From the IMG/VR virus record IMGVR_UViG_3300038530_001458, positions 1 through 44,628 of that record: a DNA stretch of 44,628 nucleotides. One strand, given 5' to 3'. Positions 24,869 through 34,154 of the stretch are shown in pieces; the first letter of the stretch is position 1; the number at the start of each line of letters is the position of its first letter. Under the pieces are notes generated by a model, which saw only the letters and a program-made list of their open reading frames with translations, made no database searches and had not been told where the DNA came from. This DNA comes from a virus. Lineage: Duplodnaviria; Caudoviricetes. The position numbers and the translations under genes were made by a program.

Positions 24869-25957
24869 ATGGCCGCACCATTTCAGAATTATTCCGGCGG
24901 TGTCCTTCTCGCGGACATCGTAAAAAGGAATAATCTCAGCACTTACGTGTCTGAGGCAATCAAAGAGCGCAGCTTGTTCATCAAGTCTGGCGCTGTTGTT
25001 CGTAACGCTCTTCTCGATTCTCGTGAAGGCGGTACTCGCATTCAAGTCCCTGAGTTCAACCCCATTGCTCCTTCTGAGGAGATTATGGACGGTACAGCTA
25101 GCTGGGGTACCAGCAATGCTGGTTATCTGACCCCTCAAAAGGTTGGTACCGGAACTCAGATCGCAACCATCTGTCACCGTGGCTTTGCTTATGCCGTGGA
25201 TGACATTGCGATTCTGGCAGCTGGTGAAGACCCCATGCTGCACATCCGCAACCAGCTGGCTGACGCAATCAACAAGCTCAACAGCGCACGTCTGTTCTCT
25301 CATCTGAACGGTCTGTTTGCTGCAGGCTCTGGCGCTCTGGGCGCTAACCACTTGGACATTGCCAAGGCTGGCACTGGTGCTACTGAGGACAACTTCCTTA
25401 GTGCTTCTACTGTTGCCCGTGGCCGTTCACTGCTGGGTGAGCGTGGTGAAGAGCTTGACACTCTGATCGTCCACCCGTCCGTTGCGTTCTACCTGTATCA
25501 GGTTGGAATGCTCACCTTCTCCACGTCTGCTCTGGCTACTGGCGGTGCAGTCACCTGGGGTGGTGGTGGCGTTGGCGTTGGTGCTCGTTCTATCGGTGAA
25601 TTTGCCGGTTTGAACGTCATTATTGACGAACAAGTCAATACCTATGCACCTGGCGCTTCTGGTCATCAGAAGGAGTTCCGTTGCTACTTGATCAAGTCGG
25701 GCACCATCCTTGAGGGTGTTCAACAGGATCTGCGGATTGAAGCTGACCGCAACGTACTGTCTAAGCAGGACGTGCTGTCGGTTGACTATCACACTGCGTA
25801 CCACCTGATGGGTACGAAGTGGAGCAGCGCTTCTGACAACCCTGCTAATGCTGATCTGTCTAACAGCAGCAACTGGGCTCTGACTTATGACGCTGACTTG
25901 ATCCCTGTGGTTGAGTTGATCGTCAACACCCCTCTAGACGTTACCGCTATCGCCTGA
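24869..25957 (+). CDS. Major capsid protein (HK97 fold)
   Basis: 362 aa after the scaffold gene; strong codon bias; coat-protein motifs (DPM.HI.NQLA, E.DRNVL..QD..VDYH). Confidence 0.9.
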   Translation: MAAPFQNYSGGVLLADIVKRNNLSTYVSEAIKERSLFIKSGAVVRNALLDSREGGTRIQVPEFNPIAPSEEIMDGTASWGTSNAGYLTPQKVGTGTQIATICHRGFAYAVDDIAILAAGEDPMLHIRNQLADAINKLNSARLFSHLNGLFAAGSGALGANHLDIAKAGTGATEDNFLSASTVARGRSLLGERGEELDTLIVHPSVAFYLYQVGMLTFSTSALATGGAVTWGGGGVGVGARSIGEFAGLNVIIDEQVNTYAPGASGHQKEFRCYLIKSGTILEGVQQDLRIEADRNVLSKQDVLSVDYHTAYHLMGTKWSSASDNPANADLSNSSNWALTYDADLIPVVELIVNTPLDVTAIA

Positions 25958-25973
25958 TAGTTCGGTTGCCAAA

Positions 25974-26002
25974 GGCCCTACCATTAGGTGGGGCCACTTT
26001 AT
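25974..26002 (+). terminator. Hairpin after the capsid gene (probably leaky terminator)
   Basis: GGCCCTACC-ATTA-GGTGGGGCC-ACTTTAT. Confidence 0.7.
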
Positions 26003-26011
26003 TCTTGCGTT

Positions 26012-26542
26012 ATGGCTGCCACGATCAACGCCACTCTTAGCAGCGCGACAGCCAACAGCTTCGTGACGTTGGCGGAAGCCAATGCGTATTTTGAGACAAC
26101 GCCTAACAGCACGCAGTGGGACAACAAGCAAGACGACAAGAAAAATCGTGCATTGATCTCAGCTACGCGTTGGATCGATACGTTGAATTTTTACGGTGAT
26201 CGTTGCGATGCAGACCAAGCTTTGAGCTGGCCTCGCAATAATTATCATGTGGATCGTGTTGAGCTAGCTTGCTCCGCTATTCCAAACGACATTAAATACG
26301 CTACTTATGAGCTAGCGAACGCGCTAGCCAATGACACGGACGCGATTACAGGGTCTACCGGCGATACGGGGCTATACAAATCCGTCAAGCTTGGGGAGAT
26401 GGAAATCGAGTACAACACTGCTAGTCAGGCTACTGGAACTGTTAACAACGTATTCGACGTTTATCCTTGGCTTCAGTCTTATCTCGGGGCTTATTGTCTG
26501 GGCGGCAGTGGCTCGTATTCTGTCCGCGTTGTAAGAGGGTGA
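26012..26542 (+). CDS. Head-tail connector/adaptor
   Basis: ANSFVTLAEANAYF, ALISATRWID, QALSWPR motifs. Confidence 0.82.
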   Translation: MAATINATLSSATANSFVTLAEANAYFETTPNSTQWDNKQDDKKNRALISATRWIDTLNFYGDRCDADQALSWPRNNYHVDRVELACSAIPNDIKYATYELANALANDTDAITGSTGDTGLYKSVKLGEMEIEYNTASQATGTVNNVFDVYPWLQSYLGAYCLGGSGSYSVRVVRG

Positions 26543-26543
26543 C

Positions 26544-26930
26544 ATGCCTGGAGCGCTAGATGCTGCATTTCGTAAAGCTGCTGAGTCAGTCGTTAAGGAC
26601 TTGGCAACCGGCCTAGATGTCGAGATCGATTATGTGCGTGAAGTATCTGGTCAATACAACGTGGCTACAGGCACTTACACAGATTTAAGGCAGACGTTTG
26701 CGGACATTAGGGCTCCGATTGAAGTTATCAACTCTGAAGGAGAGAACGGCGCTGAAGAACGTAGGGCTCGGGTTTATATCGCACCAGATCAAATCAACGA
26801 CAATCAACCGACGTTATCGGACGAGATTACGTTGAAGTTTCAAGGATCTGATCGTAAGGCTCAGATCGTCGATATTCGGACGTTTGGCGGAGGCCAAAAT
26901 TATCTCTATATCCTTGAGGTGGTGTTCTAA
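26544..26930 (+). CDS. Head closure/stopper protein
   Basis: Position, size and YNVATG motif. Confidence 0.65.
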   Translation: MPGALDAAFRKAAESVVKDLATGLDVEIDYVREVSGQYNVATGTYTDLRQTFADIRAPIEVINSEGENGAEERRARVYIAPDQINDNQPTLSDEITLKFQGSDRKAQIVDIRTFGGGQNYLYILEVVF

Positions 26931-27355
26931 TGACGCTTGTCAACGCTAGGGCTGCATTAGAAACGGCGATTGAAAACGCAGTGACGACAGCGGATTCAGA
27001 CGTAACGGTGGTTTTCGACAACATGCCATTTACCGTTCCAGGCAAAACAAAAAAGTACGTGTTGGTGGCGATCAACTTTGACAGTGCAACGATCCAAACG
27101 CATGGCGCTGCAGTAGATCAGTACGCTGGAACGGTGCAATGCGGCATTTTCACGCCAAGGAATAAAGGTAGTGCTGCTGCAGCTGCGATAGCGGAATCAG
27201 TGATTGATGGACTTACGTCAGTCAATGCTTCTGGTTATACGGACACGTATTCTGTGGTGCCACGAGTAGGGCAGATTAGTGGTCCTACGGCTGTGACTAA
27301 TGAGGGTGCAAGTCATTTTGTAAGTGTTGTGCGTTGTAACTTTACTGCAATCTGA
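26930..27355 (+). CDS. Tail terminator-like protein
   Basis: VVFDN.PF, G.VQCGIFTP..KG motifs. Confidence 0.7.
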   Translation: MTLVNARAALETAIENAVTTADSDVTVVFDNMPFTVPGKTKKYVLVAINFDSATIQTHGAAVDQYAGTVQCGIFTPRNKGSAAAAAIAESVIDGLTSVNASGYTDTYSVVPRVGQISGPTAVTNEGASHFVSVVRCNFTAI

Positions 27356-27876
27356 TGGCTAAACCAATTACTGAGCTGACCAAAGATATTCGTAAGTTGA
27401 TTGAGACCGGTCGTGAGACAGCTGGCCCTGTAATTATTCGTTCTCTGCAAAGCGAAGGTCCTTGGTGGACTTCTAGTTTTGGCACCAAATGGCGTTTAAG
27501 CGGTTCTCCCGTGAGACCTGTTGATGATCGAGCTGGAATAACGAGAGATTTTACGGCGATACCAAAGAAAACAAGCACGCCCAAGCCTTCTGTCGAAACA
27601 ATGGTTATTGGCGGCGGTCAATCCGCTATGAAATTTCCGCTTACTCAGCCGATGTATATCGGGAACTCTGTTTCATACGCGGGGTTTGCTGTAAATAACC
27701 CTGGTGCGACAGTCCCTCGCAAAGATGGTAGAGACGTTACCTATGAGCAGCATAAAAAAGATGGTTTCAAGCTTACGGCAAAAAATCAAAATCCTAATTG
27801 GTACAAGGTCTATACGCAGTCAGGTGGCTTGCTCGGAGATCTAGACAAAGCATTTAAGGTCACTCGCCTGGGATAA
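27355..27876 (+). CDS. Neck/tail completion protein (HK97 gp10-like)
   Basis: GPWWTSSF...W and YIGNSVSYA motifs. Confidence 0.65.
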   Translation: MAKPITELTKDIRKLIETGRETAGPVIIRSLQSEGPWWTSSFGTKWRLSGSPVRPVDDRAGITRDFTAIPKKTSTPKPSVETMVIGGGQSAMKFPLTQPMYIGNSVSYAGFAVNNPGATVPRKDGRDVTYEQHKKDGFKLTAKNQNPNWYKVYTQSGGLLGDLDKAFKVTRLG

Positions 27877-27904
27877 GCTATATTGTGATAGTTGACTGAG
27901 TTTT

Positions 27905-28276
27905 ATGGCTGGAGCACGCGCAATCGACAAGCTGTGTAAGGCGTTCAGCGTAGAAGAGCGCAGCAGCTACACGATTAAAAAAGATGGGGAGGTTGTCTTA
28001 AAGCTGTACTGGAAGCCTTTAACCATCGCAGATCGAGACTCGATCAATAAAACAATGAAGGCTTTGAACCTTGGCAAGGATGAGGACAATTTAGATTTTG
28101 CGATTCAAATGGTAATTCGCAAAGCAGAGGACGAAGCAGGCAACAAGCTTTTTTCGGACGGGGACCGTGCCAAGCTCATACATGGTTTGCCTTTATGGGT
28201 GGCGCTGGACATTATGTCCAAAATGCAGGGTGTAGAAGAGGTGGAAGAAGCGGATGAGCTAAAAAGCGACGCTTGA
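27905..28276 (+). CDS. Tail assembly chaperone (gpG-like)
   Basis: LYWKPLTIADR, KAEDEAGNKLF motifs; upstream of the tape measure gene. Confidence 0.8.
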   Translation: MAGARAIDKLCKAFSVEERSSYTIKKDGEVVLKLYWKPLTIADRDSINKTMKALNLGKDEDNLDFAIQMVIRKAEDEAGNKLFSDGDRAKLIHGLPLWVALDIMSKMQGVEEVEEADELKSDA

Positions 28277-28466
28277 GCAGGACAACTATCTGTTTTTGCA
28301 GTTTTTCATAGCTGAAAAGCTAGGAATGACGCTGCTGCAGCTGCGAACGACGATGTCAACAGAAGAGTTGCTGGGCTGGAGCGCTTACTGCACGCTAAAG
28401 GCTGAACGGGAAGAAAAGGAAATGGAGAAAGCTCGTCAGCAGGCTCAGTTTCGGAAGGTGCGCTAA
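28263..28466 (+). CDS. gpT-like chaperone extension in the +1 frame
   Basis: KATLEQDNYLFLQFFIAEKLGMTLLQLRTTMSTEELLGWSAY...RKVR; the frame opens after TAA 28260-62. Confidence 0.75.
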   Translation, partial: KATLEQDNYLFLQFFIAEKLGMTLLQLRTTMSTEELLGWSAYCTLKAEREEKEMEKARQQAQFRKVR

Positions 28467-28493
28467 CCTGAGGGCAATGTCTTCGGGTTAGTC

Positions 28494-30812
28494 GTGGCTG
28501 CTGAGTACGAAGTCAATATTAAAATCAATAGTCAGCAAATTACGCGACAGCTTGAAGATATAGACAAAGCGATTTCCAAGATTGGAAAGTCTAGAGGAGG
28601 TGGTTCTAGCGGTAAGTCCGGTATTTCTAGCCTTTCGCCGACTCGACAAGATTTAAAAGCCTCAGCTGATTATCAAAAAGCTCTTCAGGGCGTTTTAAAG
28701 GCTGGTAGAGATGCTGAAAAAGTTTTTGGCAATTTACGCAAAACAGCGCAATCAGCCATGGTGGCTGGAGCGAATGAGGCAAGGCAGCTAGCAGCGGCAG
28801 CTGCAGGAGCACCTTTAAGGTCTCAAATTGGAATACGGCCTACAAACGTTACTCGTGCATCTGCTGATGCGGCTGCAAGACAACTTGAAGCTCAAGTTAG
28901 AGCCAGTGCTGCTTTAGAAAAACAATTAGCTCAAGAGGTTTCAGCTTTTGAAATGCGTGCTGATAAGCGAGTGCTTCAAGCAGGATTGGCTAACGATAAG
29001 ATTGAGTTTCAACAAAAAATTGACGATATTATTAAAACTACAGATTTTGCAATTAGAGAGAGCAAACGAGAAGGAAGAGCTTTCGACCAAGAATTAAAAC
29101 GACGTGGCGAAGTTCAGCAAAAGGCGCAAAGAACTCGCAGAAAACGATTAGAAGGCGTTGCTCTTGGCGCTGGTTTTCCGCTGCTGTTTGGCGGGGGTGC
29201 AGGATCAGTCCTTGGCGGTGGCTTAGGCGGGTTAACAAGATCTTTTGGAGCGCAGATTGCACTTAGCGCTCTCGGCCAACAAGTCGATAAATTTGTCGCA
29301 GGCATGGTCGATGCAGGCAAAGCCCTTACCAGTGTTGGTGGTGCGGCTGACTTTATGGCTGAGAAGAGCTTGTTTAGCTCTGATGCGATGCAGTTTCGCA
29401 TTGAAAAGCTAATTGAAGAGGGTCGAGTCACTGAAGCGGCTGCGTTAATGACGCAGGAAATGGCCAAGCAGGTTGGCGGCAGTGGCTTAAAGGCACTTAA
29501 GGACCTTGGCACTGAAGCCAGCGAGATGGGCAAAATTTTTGGAACGGTGTTGTTACGTGTTCAAGCGTTTATAGCGCAAGGTCTTACTCCTTTAATCAAG
29601 CTAATCAATAGCGCTATTGGAGGCATGGTTGCTCAAAATCAGCTTGATCAAATGCTGGCAGAGGCCGAGTCTCCTCAGCAAAGAGCGGCAATGCTTGCGC
29701 GTTCAATAGAGTTAAGAGGAACAAAGAAGCAAGGCAATACGCTAACTCGGGGCGACTTTACAATGGAAATGCTCCAAACATTGCAAAGCGAGTTTGCTCC
29801 AGTTATTCCAGAAGGTGCTGCTATTGAGCCATCAACTCTAGAAACGTTAAGCACTGCAGATAGCAGGGCGGGCGACGTAGCAAAAGACCAACAAAGATTA
29901 GCTGAAATTGTAAGAAGATCTCAAGAAAGACTGCAAATTATGCAACAAGAGGGCGATCTTGCTAAGGAGTTGAAAAAACTTGATTTTGAACGAGCTGCAG
30001 AAATAGAAAAAATTAACAAGCTTGAAAATGTCGGACTAAAAGAGCGAGAAGATGCTGTTCAGGCTACTAATGATTTGTTTGACGCGCGAAAAGGTGAAGC
30101 CATAGGCAAACTATTAGGCAAGGATCTTCAAACTGCTATAGCATTAAAAAAAGCACAAGACGATGTCTTAAGACCCTTGAAAGACCAAAAAAGGTTGCTA
30201 GAGGCTAAGTTAAAAGGCAATGAAAAAGAAGTGCGTTTGCAGCTAGAAATTGAAAGTATTATGAGATCAGTCGAAGGTTTGAGAGAAGAAGATGTTGAAA
30301 ATCTTGTCAAAGGAAACGCTTTACTTGCGGAGCAAGTTGCGGTTGCTGAAAGATTAGATCAAGTCTATGCCGCTATTGGCCAAAGCATTACTACTGGCAT
30401 TGTTGGTGCGTTGACTGAGGCTGTTGAGGGTACCAAGAGTCTTGCGGAAGTTGCTGGAGAGACGCTTAGACAGGTTGGCAATATTCTTTTACAGTTTGGA
30501 GTTCAAAGTACGTTAAGCGGAGTACCTGGCTTGGATAAATTTTTCCCAGGCAGGGCGCTTGGCGGAAGCGTTTCAGCAAACAAGCCTTATATGGTTGGCG
30601 AGCGCGGACCTGAGTTGTTTGTTCCTGGCGCTCAAGGTAATGTCGTTCCAAACAACGCCATAGGCGGCGCTAATGTCGTTGTAAACGTCGATGCATCTGG
30701 ATCGCAGGCACAAGGCAACCAGCCAAACGCCAAGGCACTGGGCACTGCTATTGGAGCGGCAGTGCAAGCTGAACTAGTCAAGCAAAAACGTCCTGGAGGC
30801 TTACTGAGCTAA
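28494..30812 (+). CDS. Tape measure protein
   Basis: 772 aa, Ala-rich and helical; C-terminal RALGGSV...YMVGERGPELFVP; ends QKRPGGLL. Confidence 0.92.
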   Translation: MAAEYEVNIKINSQQITRQLEDIDKAISKIGKSRGGGSSGKSGISSLSPTRQDLKASADYQKALQGVLKAGRDAEKVFGNLRKTAQSAMVAGANEARQLAAAAAGAPLRSQIGIRPTNVTRASADAAARQLEAQVRASAALEKQLAQEVSAFEMRADKRVLQAGLANDKIEFQQKIDDIIKTTDFAIRESKREGRAFDQELKRRGEVQQKAQRTRRKRLEGVALGAGFPLLFGGGAGSVLGGGLGGLTRSFGAQIALSALGQQVDKFVAGMVDAGKALTSVGGAADFMAEKSLFSSDAMQFRIEKLIEEGRVTEAAALMTQEMAKQVGGSGLKALKDLGTEASEMGKIFGTVLLRVQAFIAQGLTPLIKLINSAIGGMVAQNQLDQMLAEAESPQQRAAMLARSIELRGTKKQGNTLTRGDFTMEMLQTLQSEFAPVIPEGAAIEPSTLETLSTADSRAGDVAKDQQRLAEIVRRSQERLQIMQQEGDLAKELKKLDFERAAEIEKINKLENVGLKEREDAVQATNDLFDARKGEAIGKLLGKDLQTAIALKKAQDDVLRPLKDQKRLLEAKLKGNEKEVRLQLEIESIMRSVEGLREEDVENLVKGNALLAEQVAVAERLDQVYAAIGQSITTGIVGALTEAVEGTKSLAEVAGETLRQVGNILLQFGVQSTLSGVPGLDKFFPGRALGGSVSANKPYMVGERGPELFVPGAQGNVVPNNAIGGANVVVNVDASGSQAQGNQPNAKALGTAIGAAVQAELVKQKRPGGLLS

Positions 30813-31150
30813 TGGCAACCTTTCCATCAATTACTCCGACTTATGGCCAAGTGAAGCGCAGTGCTCCTCGTGTGCGTGCAATTCAGTTTGGCAGTGGCTA
30901 TCAGCAGCGTGCCACGTTTGGTTTGAATCAAAACCCAAAGGTCTATGATTTGACGTTTGAAGTATCAGAGACTGATGCGGACACGATTGAAGCGTTTTTA
31001 GATGCGCGTGGTGCGGTGCAAAACTTTGACTTTACGCCGCCTGGCGAAAGTAGTAGCAGTAAGTTTATTTGCCGTGAATGGTCAAAGTCAATTCCGTATT
31101 TGAATCGGGCTACTGTTACGGCTACGTTTGAGCAAGTCTTTGAGACCTGA
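30812..31150 (+). CDS. Distal tail protein, lambda gpM-like
   Basis: QFGSGYQQR..GLN, FLDARG...FDFTPP, ATFEQVF. Confidence 0.88.
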   Translation: MATFPSITPTYGQVKRSAPRVRAIQFGSGYQQRATFGLNQNPKVYDLTFEVSETDADTIEAFLDARGAVQNFDFTPPGESSSSKFICREWSKSIPYLNRATVTATFEQVFET

Positions 31151-32235
31151 TGGCTTATCCATATACAAATCACAAGTGGACAGAGAACACAGCATTTGCG
31201 GTTGGCGATGTTGTTCGCGCCAATCCAACCGCTTATTGCGAAGACGGCAGTACGCCAACCACTGTTTGTGCAAACGGGGCAGCCCCTAAGTACAACATTA
31301 ATACTCTTGCATTTAAGTGCGTAGAGGGTGGCACATCGGGGCCGTCTAGTGATTACGAAGGCTTTCCCCATGGCGAGCCAGCATTTCCATTCAAGATTGG
31401 CCAGACGCTTGTCGATGGAACGGTTACGTGGGAGGCATTTGAGCCGTTAGCGGAAGAACTGCTTCGGTTAGAGCCAACAGCTGTAATTGATTTATTTGAA
31501 GTGCATCTGACTCAAGAGCTAAATGGCGTAAAAGATATTTTGCGTTATCACGCAGGACTGAACGGCATCAGCGAGACCATAAAATTTGATGGGCAAAGTT
31601 ATCCAGCTGTGCCTGTTGAAGTCGATGGATTTGAGTTTACGAGTAAGGGAACGCTGCCACGGCCTACGTTGCGAGTGGCAAACGTCAATGATGCAATCAG
31701 TAGCTTGTTGTTGTCTTACAACCTGCTTGGAGCCAAAGTTCAACGCATTCGCACCTTTGTGAAATTTATAGATGTATCTAACTTTAATCAGCAAGTGCAG
31801 TTTACGAAAGAAGCAGACGTAGAGGGGCTGCTGACGACGCAAAATAATGACCCTCTAATCATGGAGACTTTTAATGACTCTGCCGATCCTCAGGCAAAGA
31901 TGGTTGAGACTTGGTATGTAGACAGAGTTGCTAGTGAAAACTTGCAGTTCGTCGAGTTTGAGCTTGCTCCAAAGATTGATCTAACCAATTTGCAATTACC
32001 TAGAAGAACGATCGAAGATGCTTGTCCTTGGCGGTATCGTGGTGAAAAAGAAGGCACTGGTCCGGGATGTACCTATGTCGGAGACAGCTGCTTTACAGCA
32101 GCCGATGATGCACTGCCTAGCGGTGATTTTGCTAATGATGTGTGCGGAAAACGGTTATCTAGTTGTAGGCTGAGGTTTCCAGGAGAAAAACGGTTGCCTT
32201 TCGGAGGGTTCATTGGAGCAAGACTTCAAGCTTGA
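31150..32235 (+). CDS. Minor tail protein L-like with an extra N-terminal domain
   Basis: GTLPRPTLRVAN; CPWRYRG..C.Y, D.CGKRLSSC..RF, LPFGGF Cys cluster. Confidence 0.9.
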   Translation: MAYPYTNHKWTENTAFAVGDVVRANPTAYCEDGSTPTTVCANGAAPKYNINTLAFKCVEGGTSGPSSDYEGFPHGEPAFPFKIGQTLVDGTVTWEAFEPLAEELLRLEPTAVIDLFEVHLTQELNGVKDILRYHAGLNGISETIKFDGQSYPAVPVEVDGFEFTSKGTLPRPTLRVANVNDAISSLLLSYNLLGAKVQRIRTFVKFIDVSNFNQQVQFTKEADVEGLLTTQNNDPLIMETFNDSADPQAKMVETWYVDRVASENLQFVEFELAPKIDLTNLQLPRRTIEDACPWRYRGEKEGTGPGCTYVGDSCFTAADDALPSGDFANDVCGKRLSSCRLRFPGEKRLPFGGFIGARLQA

Positions 32236-32524
32236 TGCTGAGAGGCACGCCTACGCGCAAACGCCAGAGGAGTCGTGTGGGCTAGTTGTTAATGACAGAT
32301 ACTTCCCATGCCGAAACATCGCGCCAAAGCCTAGGGAAAATTTTGTAATTGATCCTGTTGACTACGCAAGAGCTATGCATTTTGGCCCAATTGAGGGCGT
32401 AGTTCATTCGCATCCAAAAGGCACGCCTATCAGCGATCATGATCGCAAAGCTTGCAAGCAAACTAAACTGCCTTGGTATATCTATTCTGTGCCTACTCAG
32501 GAATGGCTGACTATCGATCCCTAA
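32213..32524 (+). CDS. JAB/MPN domain protein (N-terminal half of lambda gpK)
   Basis: EESCG, HSHP...S..D motif. Confidence 0.85.
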   Translation: MEQDFKLDAERHAYAQTPEESCGLVVNDRYFPCRNIAPKPRENFVIDPVDYARAMHFGPIEGVVHSHPKGTPISDHDRKACKQTKLPWYIYSVPTQEWLTIDP

Positions 32525-32892
32525 TTGGTCAGCAATGGGAGTACGGCAAACAGGACTGTTACACGCTGGTGCGGCAGTATTACGAGCTGATTGGGGTCAA
32601 GCTGCCAGACTTCCCGCGACCTGATGACCTTGGTACGACAGACAGCATCTTTTTACGTTACGCAAAGTCACTAAAGTTCGAGTCTGTTGCCTTTGATGCT
32701 CGTCAGAAAAACGATGTGTTGTTGATGCGTCTCGGGACAAGAACGCCAATGCACGCAGCAATTTATGTAGGCAACGACCGGATTTTGCACCAGCGTATGG
32801 ATAGCATCAGTGCGGTAGAGCCGTTACGGCGGTACTATTGGAAAAGGATTGCAGCTGTGTTTCGCCATGCAACTTGTCATGCTGGCAGGTGA
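32503..32892 (+). CDS. NlpC/P60 domain protein (C-terminal half of lambda gpK)
   Basis: DCYTLVR, HAAIY, ILHQ. Confidence 0.85.
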   Translation: MADYRSLIGQQWEYGKQDCYTLVRQYYELIGVKLPDFPRPDDLGTTDSIFLRYAKSLKFESVAFDARQKNDVLLMRLGTRTPMHAAIYVGNDRILHQRMDSISAVEPLRRYYWKRIAAVFRHATCHAGR

Positions 32893-34150
32893 GCTTGGCG
32901 AAAAGTACGGCAAGCAACACGAGTATTACAACCTGCAGACGCCAGCAGATGCGATCAAGCTGCTGTGCATCAACTATCCAGCACTGCAGGAAGACATGAT
33001 GCAGGCGCACCATAACGGCATTGGATACAAGGTTATACAGGGTGGTGCGGCGATGGGATATGGCGAATTGAATTTGCCGTTTGGCAGCAAGCCATTGCTT
33101 GTAGTGCCTGTAATCACAGGTGCTGGAGGCAGCACGGGTCAAATTTTGGCTGGTGTTGGCTTGGTTGCTGCGTCGTTTTTATTCCCTGGCGCAGGGTTGT
33201 TTGGTGCCGGTTCAGGTATTGCAGCCTTATCTGGTGTTTCAACTGCTGTTGGCACGGGCATTAGCGCAATCGGGGCAGGTCTGATTCTCTCTGGCACTGC
33301 AAATTTGATTTCACCGCAACTAGATTTAAACGCCAATAGGGTGGGAAAAGGCACAAGAGTAAGAGGACCAGGACCTGAAGGCATTACACGAGGTGCTTTA
33401 GGCGAACAGTCGTATGCGTTTACCGGACCAGCTAACACCGTTGGAACGGGAGAGACGCTGCCTGTTATTTATGGCAGGGTTATTACTGGCAGTCACTTGC
33501 TAGCAGCAAACATTGATATCACTGACGAGTCTGACAAGCTTAAACAAGCTACGCAGCCTCCAAGTTTAGATACGCTCAAGGTTAATGGTGAAGAGTTGAC
33601 AACAGAGTTGAACCGCGCTGGTGGCCTTATAAGCAGAAGAGGCATTAAGCGGGTTAATAGTGCTGATAATGACCGGGATGAAAGAATGCCGTTTAACAAG
33701 ACATTTGGCCCTAACGGAAGCAAGCCATTAGCTACTGGTGAAATTTACAATAACAAAAATAGCAGTAAACTTAAATATCTTGAAGAAAGAAAATTTAGAA
33801 AAGAAATAGATGTTTTGTTTGAGATTAACACTGGGTTGTTTGCACGGGTAGGCGGAGAGGGGACGACAAAAGTAGACGGTTTTATCACTTATTTAATTAA
33901 ACTTGAAATTGAACAAGGTAAACCTAATGTGACAGTTGCCACAGCCCAAGTGACTATACAGGGATTGATCAATCCTAGTCAAAATGTCAGGTACGGGCAC
34001 CGTCTTAAAATGCCGGGAGTTCCTAATAGGAATGAAAATGATTTAATGTTGACAGTAGAAATTATAGATGCTGAAGTTGACGAAAACGTTTCGTTTAAAG
34101 TGCAGTCTTACGGCTACAATTTGTTAGCAGACGAGCGGCTGGAGCCTTAA
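32867..34150 (+). CDS. Tail assembly protein I-like with a long C-terminal extension
   Basis: LAGELGEKYG, VPVITGAG, SYAFTGPANT, PVIYGR...GS. Confidence 0.85.
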   Translation: MQLVMLAGELGEKYGKQHEYYNLQTPADAIKLLCINYPALQEDMMQAHHNGIGYKVIQGGAAMGYGELNLPFGSKPLLVVPVITGAGGSTGQILAGVGLVAASFLFPGAGLFGAGSGIAALSGVSTAVGTGISAIGAGLILSGTANLISPQLDLNANRVGKGTRVRGPGPEGITRGALGEQSYAFTGPANTVGTGETLPVIYGRVITGSHLLAANIDITDESDKLKQATQPPSLDTLKVNGEELTTELNRAGGLISRRGIKRVNSADNDRDERMPFNKTFGPNGSKPLATGEIYNNKNSSKLKYLEERKFRKEIDVLFEINTGLFARVGGEGTTKVDGFITYLIKLEIEQGKPNVTVATAQVTIQGLINPSQNVRYGHRLKMPGVPNRNENDLMLTVEIIDAEVDENVSFKVQSYGYNLLADERLEP

Positions 34151-34154
34151 TGCT

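Noticed and set aside
24644-25351. Long antisense and alternate-frame ORFs (this one, 23943..24443, 29114..29533 and most short listed ORFs inside large genes)
   Set aside because: They are shadows of strongly supported genes and show no motifs or translational coupling
28261-28311. Canonical -1 frameshift product
   Set aside because: No XXXYYYZ heptamer, and the -1 frame stops after about 15 codons
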